DNA of 64,000 nucleotides from positions 1,512,306 through 1,576,305 of the forward strand of contig CAVUMN010000004.1 in assembly GCA_963742735.1 (NCBI GenBank). The letters are read 5' to 3'. The translations under genes and the position numbers were made by a program. Numbering within the stretch: the stretch's first letter is position 1; each line of letters opens with the position of its first letter. Shown here one piece after another: positions 10,957-20,735 of the stretch. Origin of the DNA: an uncultured Actinomycetes bacterium (GTDB taxonomy: Bacteria; Actinomycetota; UBA4738; JBBDTT01). A model generated the notes under the pieces. The model was not told the DNA's origin, did no database searches, and worked only from the letters and a program-made list of their open reading frames with translations.

Positions 10957-11501
10957 CCCGGGGCCGCCTGACCGCCGCCCTGGTCGCCGCGGCGCTGCTG
11001 GCGGCCGGCTGTAGCGGCGAGGAACCCCCGCCGACTCCGTCCAGGAACGAGGACCTCTCGGTCACCAGCTCGGCGTTCCAGGACGGCGGGACCATCCCGG
11101 TCACGCACACCTGCGACGGCGAGAACCTCCCCCCGCCCCTGGTGTGGGCCGGCGAGCCCGAGGGCACCGCGGCCTTCGCGGTCATCGTCAGCGACCCCGA
11201 CGCGCCAGGCGGGGACTTCATCCACATGGTGGCGTTCGACATCCCGGCGACCGAGCACGCTCTGGACCTGGCCGCGGGCTTCGCGGGAGAGATCACGTTC
11301 GGGGTCAACTCGTTCGACCGGCCCGACTACGACGGGCCGTGTCCGCCCGAGGGCGCCGATCCGCACCGCTACCGGTTCACGGTGTACGCGCTGTCGCGCG
11401 TCCTCGGGCTGGAGGCCGACGTGTCCTATGAGGACGTCCGCGCTGAGATCGACCAGGCGGCGCTGGCCTCGGGGACCCTGGAGGGGCTGTTCGGCCACTG
11501 A
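10953..11501 (+). CDS. YbhB/YbcL (PEBP/Raf kinase inhibitor-like) lipoprotein
   Basis: Lipobox LAAGC; DPDAP, FIHMV, YDGPCPP, HRYRFTVYAL. Confidence 0.88.
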   Translation: MTRGRLTAALVAAALLAAGCSGEEPPPTPSRNEDLSVTSSAFQDGGTIPVTHTCDGENLPPPLVWAGEPEGTAAFAVIVSDPDAPGGDFIHMVAFDIPATEHALDLAAGFAGEITFGVNSFDRPDYDGPCPPEGADPHRYRFTVYALSRVLGLEADVSYEDVRAEIDQAALASGTLEGLFGH

Positions 11502-11507
11502 GGCCGG

Positions 11508-11525
11508 CGGGGGGACCGCCCCCCG
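11508..11525. terminator. GC hairpin between convergent genes
   Basis: cgggggg-accg-ccccccg inverted repeat. Confidence 0.5.
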
Positions 11526-12185
11526 TCAGTCCTGGAAGCGCTTGGAGATGAACTCGACGGTGCGGTCCCAGGCCAGCTCCGCGGCCTCCTCGTCGAAGGC
11601 CTCGTCGGCCTCTCGGAAGAAGTCGTGCTGCGCGCCCTCGTAGACGTGGACCTCGCCCCCGTGGGCCTCGAGGTGGGCGCGCGCCGCCTCGATCCCTTCG
11701 CCGTACCAGGCGTCCTCGGAGCCGATGTGGACCTGGATCGGCGCCAGCGGCGTCCGGCCCCCGTGGTCGCCGAGCCCGTAGAACAGCACCGCGGCGCTCA
11801 GGCGGTCGTCGCGGTGGGCGAGGTCGAAGGCGAGGTCGCCGCCCAGGCTGAGCCCGACCACCGCGATCTTCTCCACCCCCTGCCGCTGGAGCCACGCGAT
11901 GGTGGCCTGGAGGTCGGCGAATGCCGCGTCGCGGTCGAGGCCGGTCATCAGCTTCTCGGCCTCTTCGGCGTCCTCGGCCAGCCTCCCGCGATACAGGTCG
12001 GGGGCGATCGAGCTGTACTCGTGGCTGCTGGTGAACCGCAGGGCGACGTCCTGGATGTGGCCGTCGAGGCCGAACCACTCGTGCAGGACGATCACGGTCG
12101 GGTTCGGGAAGTCGAAGGAGCGCGCGAAGAACGCGGGCAGGGGCCCGTTGGGCGTGGTGATCTCGACATCGCGTACGCGGGTCAC
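11526..12185 (-). CDS. Dienelactone hydrolase family protein
   Basis: HEWFGL, APDLY, VGLSLGG (Ser where family usually has Cys), YEGAQHDF, AWDRT. Confidence 0.85.
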   Translation of the reverse strand: MTRVRDVEITTPNGPLPAFFARSFDFPNPTVIVLHEWFGLDGHIQDVALRFTSSHEYSSIAPDLYRGRLAEDAEEAEKLMTGLDRDAAFADLQATIAWLQRQGVEKIAVVGLSLGGDLAFDLAHRDDRLSAAVLFYGLGDHGGRTPLAPIQVHIGSEDAWYGEGIEAARAHLEAHGGEVHVYEGAQHDFFREADEAFDEEAAELAWDRTVEFISKRFQD

Positions 12186-12235
12186 GGCGGGGGAGCCTAG
12201 CAGCGGGCCGAAGGGCGCGGCGTATCCTCGCGCAC

Positions 12236-13275
12236 ATGGACGACGTGATCAGGCTCACCCGGTTCAGCCACGGCGCCGGCTGAGCGTGCAAGCTGGGTCC
12301 GAGTGACCTGGCCCAGGTTCTGGGCCGCTTGCCGACATCCGAACATCCACCCGAGGTGGTCGTCTCCGGGGACACCAAGGACGACGCCGCGGTCATCCGC
12401 CTGCCCCGCGGCGGCCTGCTGGTGCAGACGGTCGACTTCTTCACCCCGATCGTGGACGACGCCTACGACTGGGGCCGGATCGCGGCGGCGAACGCGTTCT
12501 CGGACGTCTACGCGATGGGCGCGACGCCCTCGATCGCGCTGAACCTGGTGGGGTGGCCCGTCGACCGCCTGCCCCTGGAGTTGCTCTCGGAGGTCCTTCG
12601 CGGCGGGGCGGACGTGGCCTCGGCCGCGGGGGTGGCCATCCTGGGCGGCCACACGATCGACGACCCCGAGCCGAAGTACGGGATGGCGGTGACCGGCTTC
12701 GTGGACGAGGACCGGCTGATCCGCAACTCCACGGTGGAGGCCGGCGCGACGCTGGTGCTCACCAAGCCGCTCGGCCTCGGGATCACGACCACGGCCATCA
12801 AGCGAGAGCGGGCCACCGACGCGCAGGTGGCCTCGGCGGTCGAGGTGATGACGACGCTGAACCGCGCCGCCGCCGACGCCATGGCCGAGGCCGGCGTCGA
12901 CGCGGCCACCGACGTGACCGGCTTCGGGCTGCTCGGGCACCTCTCGGAGATGCTGGAGGGCAGCGGGCTGGCCGGGACGGTCGCGCTCCAAGCCATCCCG
13001 TTCCTGGAGGGCGTCCGCGAGCTCGCCGCGGCGGGGGTCGTGCCCGCCGGGACGCGGCGCAACCACGCCTGGCTGGCGGACCGCGTGGACTGGGGCGGGC
13101 TCGACGAGACCGAGCAGCTCATGCTGGCCGATGCTCAGACCTCCGGCGGCCTGCTCATCGCCACCCGCGAGCCGGACCGCCTCACGGCCGCCCTCGAGGC
13201 GCGCGGCGTGCTCGCGGCGACCGTCGGGCACCGCCGGAGCCCGGCGAGCCGGGAAGGATCACCGTCTCGCGGTAG
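12236..13275 (+). CDS. selD: Selenide, water dikinase with selenocysteine at codon 16 (TGA 12281-12283); apparent frameshift ~13230
   Basis: MDDVIRLTRFSHGAG-U-ACKLGP matches the SelD GxG[C/U]xCK motif; DDAAV, VQTVDFFTPIVDD, GGHTIDD, TDVTGFGLLGH, DAQTSGGLL. Confidence 0.93.
12293..12311 (+). promoter_or_regulatory. Candidate bacterial SECIS hairpin
   Basis: CUGGGUC-CGAGU-GACCUGG stem-loop, loop starting 16 nt after UGA; second hairpin GGCCCAG-GUU-CUGGGCC at 12310-12326. Confidence 0.6.
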
Positions 13276-13331
13276 AATTTGCACCTGCGAAGTCGGAATT
13301 CGCCGCCGCTCGAGAGGGTTTCCACGAAGAC

Positions 13332-13736
13332 ATGGGCTCCATCACGCTGCCGAAGGACATCGTCGAGGCGATGATCGAGCACGCCCGGACCGAGTACCCG
13401 AACGAGGCGTGCGGGGTCATCGCGGGCCGCGACGGCGAGGCCGTGCACGTGTTCGCCATGGCCAACGCCGACGCCAGCCCGGTGACCTACCGGCTGGAGC
13501 CCAAGGAGCAGCTGCGCGTGTTCGACGAGCTCGACGAGAAGGGGTGGGACCTGTTCGCGATCTTCCACTCCCACACCCACTCCGAGGCCTATCCGTCTCC
13601 GACGGACCGCCGCCTGGCCTTCTATCCCGAGGCCCGGTACGTGATCCTGTCGCTGCAGGACCGCGAGCAGCCGGACGTCCGGGCGTTCCGGATCGACGAG
13701 GGCGAGGTCACCGAGGAGGAGGTCGCGGTCGCATGA
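13332..13736 (+). CDS. mec: Mec/M67 JAB metallopeptidase (CysO-cysteine peptidase-like)
   Basis: PNEACG and JAB motif FHSHTHSEAYPSPTD. Confidence 0.88.
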   Translation: MGSITLPKDIVEAMIEHARTEYPNEACGVIAGRDGEAVHVFAMANADASPVTYRLEPKEQLRVFDELDEKGWDLFAIFHSHTHSEAYPSPTDRRLAFYPEARYVILSLQDREQPDVRAFRIDEGEVTEEEVAVA

Positions 13737-14596
13737 CCACCGACTTCAAGTTCACCGAGGACCAGGTGATGCGCTACGCGCGCCACATCATCCTTCCCGG
13801 CATCGGGGGCGAGGGGCAGCGCAAGCTCATCGAGTCGAAGGTCCTGGTCATCGGGGCGGGCGGGCTCGGCTCGCCGGTCGCGCTGTACCTGGCCGCCGCC
13901 GGGGTCGGGACCCTCGGGATCCTGGACTTCGACCGCGTGGACCTGTCGAACCTGCAGCGCCAGATCATCCACGACACCGACGACGTCGGGAAGCCCAAGG
14001 TCCAGTCGGCCAAGGAGCGCATCAACGCGATGAACCCGAACGTCGAGGTCGTCGCCTACGACTCGGTGCTCACCTCCGCGAACGCGTTCGAGGTGCTCGA
14101 GCCGTGGGACATCGTCATCGACGGCACCGACAACTTCCCGGTCCGCTACCTGGTGAACGACGCCACGCAGATGCTCGGCAAGCCCCTCGTCTACGGCTCG
14201 ATCTACCAGTTCGAGGGCCAGGCCAGCGTGTTCATGCCCGGGCAGGAGGCGCCGTGCTACCGGTGCCTGTTCCCGCAGCCCCCGCCGCCGGGCACCGTCC
14301 CGAGCTGCGCCGAGGGCGGCGTGTTCGGGGTGCTCCCCGGCATCGTCGGCTCGATCCAGGCCACCGAGGCGATCAAGCTGATCACCGGGTTCGGGACGCC
14401 GCTCGTGGGCAAGCTCCTGATCTTCGACGCCACGGGGATGGAGTTCACCACGGTGAAGCTGCGGTGGGACCCGGACTGCCCGGTGTGCGGCAAGCACCCC
14501 AGCGTGACCGAGCTCATCGACTACGAGGCCTTCTGCGGCCTGGCCCCCGGCCAGGCGCCGCCCGAGGCCGAGCACGCCCCGCCCGCCACCACATAA
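13733..14596 (+). CDS. moeB: MoeB/ThiF-family sulfur-carrier adenylyltransferase, no rhodanese domain
   Basis: RYARHI, GAGGLGSP, SNLQRQ, CYRC, PSCAEGGV, CPVCG; ends after ELIDYEAFCG. Confidence 0.88.
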   Translation: MTTDFKFTEDQVMRYARHIILPGIGGEGQRKLIESKVLVIGAGGLGSPVALYLAAAGVGTLGILDFDRVDLSNLQRQIIHDTDDVGKPKVQSAKERINAMNPNVEVVAYDSVLTSANAFEVLEPWDIVIDGTDNFPVRYLVNDATQMLGKPLVYGSIYQFEGQASVFMPGQEAPCYRCLFPQPPPPGTVPSCAEGGVFGVLPGIVGSIQATEAIKLITGFGTPLVGKLLIFDATGMEFTTVKLRWDPDCPVCGKHPSVTELIDYEAFCGLAPGQAPPEAEHAPPATT

Positions 14597-14606
14597 AAGG
14601 AGACCC

Positions 14607-14882
14607 ATGGCCGTCCAGGTGAAGCTGCCAACCATCATGCGCAAGCACACGGGTGGGGAGGCGCAGGTCGAGGGGACCGGCTCGACCATCCGCGAGGTCC
14701 TCCAGGACCTGGAGTCCAAGTACGAGGGCCTGACCCGCAACGTCGTGACCGAGGACGGCGCGCTGCACCGCTTCGTCAACGTCTACGTGAACGACGAGGA
14801 CATCCGGTACCTGGGCGCCCTGGAGACCGAGGTCAAGGACGGCGACACCGTCGCGATCCTGCCCGCCGTCGCCGGCGGCTGA
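14607..14882 (+). CDS. cysO: Ubiquitin-like sulfur carrier protein (CysO/MoaD/ThiS)
   Basis: 91 aa, FVNVYVNDEDIR, C-terminal PAVAGG; between mec/moeB and cysM. Confidence 0.85.
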   Translation: MAVQVKLPTIMRKHTGGEAQVEGTGSTIREVLQDLESKYEGLTRNVVTEDGALHRFVNVYVNDEDIRYLGALETEVKDGDTVAILPAVAGG

Positions 14883-14914
14883 GCCCGCGATCCGCCTGGG
14901 ATAATCGCGATCCC

Positions 14915-15847
14915 ATGCGCTTCGACGACATCCTCGACGCGATCGGCAACACGCCCCTGGTGGGCATGCCGACGCTCTCGCCCAAGCCCTCGGTCCGCGT
15001 GTGGGCCAAGCTCGAGGGCAACAACCCCACCGGGTCGCTGAAGGACCGTATCGCCAAGAAGATGGTCGAGTCCGCCGAGGCTTCCGGCGAGCTGACCCCG
15101 GACAAGACCATCCTGGAGCCCACCTCGGGCAACACGGGGATCGCCCTGGCCATGGTGGCCCGGCGCAAGGGCTACCGGCTCACGGTGGTCATGCCCGAGA
15201 ACGCCAGCGCCGAGCGCGTCCAGCTGCTGGAGCTCTACGGCGCGCAGGTCGTGTTCAGCCCGGCCGACAAGGGGACCAACGGCTCGATCGAGGTCGCCCG
15301 GGCCATGGCCGCCGACGAGAAGTTCTACATGCCGTTCCAGTACGGGAACCCGGGGAACCCCGACGCCCACTACGAGGGGACCGGCGAGGAGATCGTGCGG
15401 GACCTGCCGGAGGTCACCCACTTCATCGCCGGGCTCGGCACCGGCGGGACCCTCACCGGCACCGGCCGACGGCTGAAGGAGCACAACCCGGCCGTGAAGG
15501 TGATCGCGGCCGAGCCCGAGCTGGGGGAGCTCGTCTACGGGCTCCGCTCGCTGGAGGACGGGTTCATCCCCCCGATCTTCGACGAGTCGATCCTGGACCG
15601 GAAGTTCCTGGTCGCCTCGAAGGAGGCCCTGCGCGCGACGCGCGCGGTCGTCGAGCAGGAGGGGATCTTCTGCGGCATCTCCTCCGGCGCGGTGGTCCAC
15701 GTGGCCCGGCGGATCGCCCTGGAGATCGACGCCGGCGAGATCGTGTGCCTGCTCCCCGACGGGGGCTGGAAGTACCTGTCCACCCAGGCCTGGGCGCCGG
15801 AGATCGAGCGGGCGGACAAGGGCGTCGAGGAGACGCTGTGGTGGTGA
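14915..15847 (+). CDS. cysM: PLP-dependent cysteine synthase, CysO-dependent type
   Basis: NPTGSLKDR, EPTSGNTG, GTGGT, DGGWKYLS, C-terminal LWW. Confidence 0.88.
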   Translation: MRFDDILDAIGNTPLVGMPTLSPKPSVRVWAKLEGNNPTGSLKDRIAKKMVESAEASGELTPDKTILEPTSGNTGIALAMVARRKGYRLTVVMPENASAERVQLLELYGAQVVFSPADKGTNGSIEVARAMAADEKFYMPFQYGNPGNPDAHYEGTGEEIVRDLPEVTHFIAGLGTGGTLTGTGRRLKEHNPAVKVIAAEPELGELVYGLRSLEDGFIPPIFDESILDRKFLVASKEALRATRAVVEQEGIFCGISSGAVVHVARRIALEIDAGEIVCLLPDGGWKYLSTQAWAPEIERADKGVEETLWW

Positions 15848-15851
15848 TCGC

Positions 15852-16676
15852 GTGAGCGACCCTCGGCCCATCGGGGTGTTCGACTCGGGCGTCGGCGGGC
15901 TGACCGTCGTCCGCTCGATCATCGACCAGCTCCCGAACGAGTCGATCGTGTACTTCGGCGACTCGGCCCGCTACCCGTACGGCCCGCGTTCGCTGGAGGA
16001 GATCCGCGGCTTCGCCCGCGAGATCGCGTCGCTGCTGCTGGACCGCGACGTGAAGCAGCTGGTGGTGGCGTGCAACTCGGTCGAGGTCGCCGCGATCGAG
16101 GACCTGGCCGCGAACGTCGCGGTCCCGGTGCTCGGCGTCATCGAACCGGGGGTGCGCGCCGCGCTGCGGGCCACCCGCACCGGCCGCGTCGGCGTGATCG
16201 GCACCGAGGCCACGATCGCCAGCGGCGAGTACGACCGCGCCGTCGCGGCGACCGGGGCGAGCGTGGAGCTCCACGCCGCGGCGTGTCCGGAGTTCGTCCC
16301 CCACGTCGAGGCCGGGGACACCACGTCGGACGAGCTGCGGGCGCTGGCCGAGGCGTATCTGGCGCCGCTGCGGGCCGCCGAGCGTGGACGCCCTGATCCT
16401 GGGGTGCACGCACTACCCGCTGCTCGCCGGGCTTCTGCAGGTGGTGATGGGCCCGGACGTTCAGCTCGTGTCCAGCGCGGAGGAGACGGCGAAGGACGTG
16501 TACGCGGAGCTGCGTCCGGACCGGCCGGCTGGCCGCGGGCCCGGCCGTCTACGAGTTCCTGTGCTCGGGCGACCCCGAGGCCGTTCCGCGCGCTCGGCGC
16601 CCGGTTCCTGGGCCCCGAGGTCTCCGAGGTCCGCTCGACCGTGCTGTCCGCGACCGCGAGGCATCCGTGGAGCTGA
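15852..16676 (+). CDS. murI: Glutamate racemase, apparent frameshifts ~16385 and ~16530-16580
   Basis: [23 protein letters not shown]; LILGCTHYP in another frame. Confidence 0.88.
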   Translation: MSDPRPIGVFDSGVGGLTVVRSIIDQLPNESIVYFGDSARYPYGPRSLEEIRGFAREIASLLLDRDVKQLVVACNSVEVAAIEDLAANVAVPVLGVIEPGVRAALRATRTGRVGVIGTEATIASGEYDRAVAATGASVELHAAACPEFVPHVEAGDTTSDELRALAEAYLAPLRAAERGRPDPGVHALPAARRASAGGDGPGRSARVQRGGDGEGRVRGAASGPAGWPRARPSTSSCARATPRPFRALGARFLGPEVSEVRSTVLSATARHPWS

Positions 16677-17413
16677 CCGCCCTCGGCACGAGCGGGGGAT
16701 GGCCCGGCGCCGGCCGCGCCTCGAGCGGCTACCTGCTCTCCCACGGCGAGGACGGCCACATCGTCATGGACCTCGGAACCGGGACGCTCTCGCGGCTGCA
16801 GGAGCTGCTCGACCTGAACGACCTGAACGGCATCGTCATCTCCCACGCGCACTACGACCACTTCCTGGACCTCTACCCGCTGTTCATCGCGCGGTTCTAC
16901 GAGGAGTGCCCCACCGGCCCGATCCCGATCGTGGCCCCCGAGGGGTTCTTCGAGCACCTCTACAAGCTGACCGACGACGGCGGCGTCGACATGGGGACGG
17001 TGTTCGAGCCCCGCGAGCTCGCGTTCGGCGGGACGACGGAGCTCGGCCCGTTCCGCATCGAGGCCCACGCCATGAAGCACCTGGTGCCGACGATCGGCGT
17101 CCGGGTTTCCGCGGACGGGACCACGCTCGCGTACACCGGCGACACGGGGCCGACCGAGGAGCTGGAACCGCTGGCCCGTGGCGCGAACGCGCTGCTGTCC
17201 GAGGCGGCGCTGCAGGACATGGACGAGCCGCCGTGGTTCCACCTGAGCGCCCGGCAGGCCGGCGAGCACGCCTCGCGCGCCGGCGTCGGGCGGCTGATCC
17301 TCTCCCACTTCTGGCCGACCCACGACCGCGACGTCTCGCGGGAGCAGGCGTCCGAGGCCTTCTCCGGGCAGCTCGAGCTGCTCAGCGAGGGCACCAGGCT
17401 GGAGATCGGATGA
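16667..17413 (+). CDS. MBL-fold metallohydrolase (RNase Z/Rv1339-like)
   Basis: SHAHYDH, YTGDTG, FHLS, LILSH; conserved murI-rph position. Confidence 0.85.
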   Translation: MELTALGTSGGWPGAGRASSGYLLSHGEDGHIVMDLGTGTLSRLQELLDLNDLNGIVISHAHYDHFLDLYPLFIARFYEECPTGPIPIVAPEGFFEHLYKLTDDGGVDMGTVFEPRELAFGGTTELGPFRIEAHAMKHLVPTIGVRVSADGTTLAYTGDTGPTEELEPLARGANALLSEAALQDMDEPPWFHLSARQAGEHASRAGVGRLILSHFWPTHDRDVSREQASEAFSGQLELLSEGTRLEIG

Positions 17414-18144
17414 GCGAGCGGGCGGACGGCCGGGCCCCCGACGAGATCCGCCCGGTCAGCATGCAGACCGGCTACCTGGAGTGGGCCGAGGGCAGCGTGC
17501 TGTTCGAGATGGGCAAGACGCGGGTGCTCGCCGCGGCCTCGTGGGAGGCCCGCGTCCCGCGGTTCCTGCAGGGGACCGGAAGCGGGTGGGTGACGGCCGA
17601 GTACGCGCTGCTGCCCCGCTCGACGTCGGTTCGAACCGAGCGGGAGTCGGCGAAGGGGAAGCTGTCGGGGCGGACCCAGGAGATCCAGCGGCTCATCGGG
17701 CGTTCGCTCCGCGGCGTGACCCGGTTGGACAAGATGGGGGAGAACTCGATCCTCATCGATTGCGACGTCCTGCAGGCCGACGGCGGGACGCGGACGGCGT
17801 CGATCACCGCCGGCTACATCGCCCTGGGGCTGGCGGTGCGGAATCTGACGGACCGTCAGGTCTTCACCAAGGAGGTCCTCCCCGACTCGGTGGCCGCCGT
17901 CTCGGCGGGGATCGTCGACGGCCTCCATCTGCTCGACCTTCCCTACGAGGAGGACTCCAGGGCCGAGGTCGACCTCAACGTGGTCATGACCGGCGACGGC
18001 CGGCTCATCGAGGTCCAGGGCACCGCGGAGGGCAACCCGTTCGGTCGCGACGACCTGAACGCGCTGCTCGACCTCTCGGCGAAGGGGATCGCCGAGCTCG
18101 CCGAGATCCAGCGCCGGGCCCTAGCCGGCCCGCCCGACGCGTGA
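17410..18144 (+). CDS. rph: Ribonuclease PH
   Basis: [47 protein letters not shown]. Confidence 0.95.
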   Translation: MSERADGRAPDEIRPVSMQTGYLEWAEGSVLFEMGKTRVLAAASWEARVPRFLQGTGSGWVTAEYALLPRSTSVRTERESAKGKLSGRTQEIQRLIGRSLRGVTRLDKMGENSILIDCDVLQADGGTRTASITAGYIALGLAVRNLTDRQVFTKEVLPDSVAAVSAGIVDGLHLLDLPYEEDSRAEVDLNVVMTGDGRLIEVQGTAEGNPFGRDDLNALLDLSAKGIAELAEIQRRALAGPPDA

Positions 18145-18731
18145 CGTTCCCCGACCGGTTGGTCATCGCCTCGCGCAACGCGGGCAAGCTCCGGGAGATT
18201 CGGCGGATCTGCGCGGACTGGCCCGTGGAGTGGGTCGAGGACGCCGACTGGCCCGACGTCGAGGAGACCGAGGACACCTACCTGGGCAACGCCGCGCTCA
18301 AGGCGCGCGCGGTGGCGGCCGCCACGGGGATCCCCGCCCTGGCCGACGACTCGGGGATCGAGGTCGACGCCCTTGGCGGCGCGCCGGGTCCGCGATCCGC
18401 GCGCTACGCCGGGGAGGGTTCGAGCGACGAGGTCAACCTGAAGGCGCTGCTGGGGGCGATCGCGGGGATCCCGGCGGGGGGTCGCACCGCGCGCTATCGG
18501 GCCGTGGCGCTGGTCGCCTGGCCCGGGCGAGAGGACGTGGTCTCCGCCGAGGCGACCTGCGAGGGGACGCTGATCACCAAGCCGCGGGGGACCGGCGGCT
18601 TCGGCTACGACCCCGCGTTCCTCCCCGAGGGCTGGGAGAAGACGATGGCCGAGCTCGAGCCGGAGGAGAAGGACCGCATCAGTCACCGCGGACGGTCGCT
18701 CGGCGCCCTCCGCGAGAGACTGGCCGAGTAG
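18141..18731 (+). CDS. rdgB: Non-canonical purine NTP pyrophosphatase
   Basis: [31 protein letters not shown]. Confidence 0.93.
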   Translation: MTFPDRLVIASRNAGKLREIRRICADWPVEWVEDADWPDVEETEDTYLGNAALKARAVAAATGIPALADDSGIEVDALGGAPGPRSARYAGEGSSDEVNLKALLGAIAGIPAGGRTARYRAVALVAWPGREDVVSAEATCEGTLITKPRGTGGFGYDPAFLPEGWEKTMAELEPEEKDRISHRGRSLGALRERLAE

Positions 18732-18739
18732 GTGCCCGA

Positions 18740-19381
18740 TCAGGCGAACGTCAGTACGAGCTGGGGTGGGTTCGCGCCCTCGCGGCTGGAGAACACCTGG
18801 GCCACCGTCAGGAGCGCGCTCTCGGCGGCGTCCCGGATGACGAAGCCGGTGTTCGTGCCCGTGTACATCGCCTGGGTCTGGGCCGTGACGCTCCACTCTC
18901 GCCAGCCGGTCCCCGACGTCGTCACCGCCGCCACACCGGTCACCGCCGGCTGGTTGTTCCAGGTCACCGCGGTCTGGGGCGTCCAGGCGGCCGACGCGCG
19001 GTAGGCCTGAAGCACCCGGCCCGCAGAGGCGGAGGAGGCGTTCAGGCGCAGCGTGGCGCCCGTGAGTGAGCAGTGCGCGGGCACCGAGGGAAGCGCGAAG
19101 TGCACCAGCGAGCGCTCGTTGTCCGGTCCCAGGATGATCACGGTGGAACCGGATTGCACGCGCAGCGTCGTGTTGGTCCCGAAGTTCGAGTTCGCGCTCG
19201 TCTGACGGACGAACGCGTCGGCGTCGGCGGTGACGGTCTGGACTCCGGGCGCGACGCAGAAGTCGGCGGCCGCGGTGAACACGTTGCCGGGGTTATGCGC
19301 GGCGGCGGAGAACGCGCTGGACGTGGCACCCACCGCGCTTCCGAGCGCGGCGACCACGAGGACCAGCGCGACACGCCGCAT
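18740..19381 (-). CDS. Secreted protein with SipW-type signal peptide and DNRLRE/CBM96-like domain
   Basis: GATSSAFS...NPGNVFTA leader; ADADAFVRQ..NSNFG, RSLVHF, VTWNNQP, FSSREG..PQLVLTF. Confidence 0.75.
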   Translation of the reverse strand: MRRVALVLVVAALGSAVGATSSAFSAAAHNPGNVFTAAADFCVAPGVQTVTADADAFVRQTSANSNFGTNTTLRVQSGSTVIILGPDNERSLVHFALPSVPAHCSLTGATLRLNASSASAGRVLQAYRASAAWTPQTAVTWNNQPAVTGVAAVTTSGTGWREWSVTAQTQAMYTGTNTGFVIRDAAESALLTVAQVFSSREGANPPQLVLTFA

Positions 19382-19386
19382 GGCGT

Positions 19387-19914
19387 TCAGCCGGCCCAGA
19401 TCCGGCGCAGCGCGGCCGCTCCCAGCAGCAGCGCCGCACCCGAGATGAACGCGAGGCGCACCGCGGGAATCCCGAGCCAGGCGATCGCGTAGCCGAGCCG
19501 GGGAACCCGCGCCACGAAACGACCGAGCGTCCCGGCCGCGGGGATCGTCCAGCGCTCCACACCGGTGTTGGCGTCGCCCCGGGTGACGAACGCGAAGGTG
19601 TCGCCTCTCGGACGAACGCTGACGACGCGGTGGGTCAGCAGCTCGTCGTTCCGCTCCGGGTCCTTGAACGTGACGATGTCACCCGCGGACGCCTCGGCTG
19701 GAGCGATCGCCCGGACGATGACGACGTCGCCGGACGCGATCGCCGGCTGCATGCTGTCGGACCGGTCGACCAGGGGCTGATACCCGAGGGCCTTGCCGGC
19801 CAGGACTCCCGCGAGCAGGGCGGTGGCCACCACGGCGAGAACGAGCGCGGCGGCGTTGGTCCACCGCCGCGCTCGTCCGCGGCCACGCGAGAGGGAGAGG
19901 CCGGTCGTGCTCAC
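19387..19914 (-). CDS. sipW: Signal peptidase I, SipW type
   Basis: SDSMQPAI, GDIVTF, LTHRVV, TRGDAN (Ser/His dyad); N- and C-terminal TM. Confidence 0.85.
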   Translation of the reverse strand: MSTTGLSLSRGRGRARRWTNAAALVLAVVATALLAGVLAGKALGYQPLVDRSDSMQPAIASGDVVIVRAIAPAEASAGDIVTFKDPERNDELLTHRVVSVRPRGDTFAFVTRGDANTGVERWTIPAAGTLGRFVARVPRLGYAIAWLGIPAVRLAFISGAALLLGAAALRRIWAG

Positions 19915-20538
19915 CTAGATGTTTCGCGCTTCCCAGGTGAAGGCCTGGGTGGCGTTCTTGCCCTGGGCCAGGTCGTCGTCGGCGACCGTGATCGTGAACT
20001 TGTAGGCGTGGGACTCGGGGAGGTTCGTCCACGTCTCCGGCGCTCCGGAGGTCGGGTCGACGAGCCCGGCGTTGTACGTGTCCGGGAAGGCCGCCAGCGT
20101 GCCGCTGTAGATGATCCCGGCGCCGGCGCCCGTGTAGTTGGTCACGTCCCCGACGAAGGCCGCGCAGGTGTCAAAGGCCGGAACGGCGATCGTCCCGCGC
20201 GTCACCGTGACGTTCAGATACGGGTCGAGCCCGGTCCCGGTGGTCGTGCCGTACAGCCGCACCGTCGCCGGCAGCGTCCCGGCGTAGGTGACGTTGATGC
20301 ACGAGGTGTCGGTGTCTCCGGGCTTCGCGTTCGTCAGCGAGAGCATCGCGACGTCGAGATCGTCGTCGGTCAGGATGACGCTTCCGGACGTGAACGCGTT
20401 CCCGGCGTTGGCGGTGGTGGCGGTGAACGCGGACCAGGTGCCCACGCCGGCGACGATGCCGACGAGGCCGAGCACCAGCAGCGTCAGCAGCAGCTTCTTG
20501 CCGGTGCCGCGCCCGCGCTCGTCAGAGTTGTCAGTCAT
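19915..20538 (-). CDS. TasA/CalY-like SipW-substrate protein
   Basis: KKLLLTLLVLGLVGIVAGVGTWSAFT..NAGNAFTSGSV, NAKPGDT, AQGK..FTWEAR; RBS AGGAGG. Confidence 0.78.
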   Translation of the reverse strand: MTDNSDERGRGTGKKLLLTLLVLGLVGIVAGVGTWSAFTATTANAGNAFTSGSVILTDDDLDVAMLSLTNAKPGDTDTSCINVTYAGTLPATVRLYGTTTGTGLDPYLNVTVTRGTIAVPAFDTCAAFVGDVTNYTGAGAGIIYSGTLAAFPDTYNAGLVDPTSGAPETWTNLPESHAYKFTITVADDDLAQGKNATQAFTWEARNI

Positions 20539-20584
20539 GCGAATCCTCCTGTATCGGTGCCCCGGTGAGTGAGGCGTCAGTCCT

Positions 20585-20611
20585 TCATCGGCACGCCGGA
20601 GGGGGCCCTGA
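20585..20611 (-). promoter_or_regulatory. Sigma-28/WhiG-like promoter candidate
   Basis: Minus strand TCAG-N15-GCCGATGA upstream of the tasA-like gene. Confidence 0.45.
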
Positions 20612-20647
20612 ATGGTCACTTTTGACCAGGTTGCATCGAAGGGAAGG

Positions 20648-20731
20648 TGCGAGAGGGGGGACTCGAACCCCCACGCCCTTTCGGGCACCGGCTCCTAAGG
20701 CCGGCGCGTCTACCGGTTCCGCCACTCTCGC
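20648..20731 (-). tRNA. tRNA-Leu(TAG)
   Basis: GCGAGAG acceptor, CCGGC-ctTAGga-GCCGG anticodon arm, long variable arm, GGTTCGAGTCC. Confidence 0.95.
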
Positions 20732-20735
20732 CGGG

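Noticed and set aside
12329-14596. Apparent 755-aa SelD-MoeB fusion ORF
   Set aside because: The middle is Arg-rich off-frame translation of mec; produced by a frameshift near 13230, and moeB has its own ATGA-coupled start.
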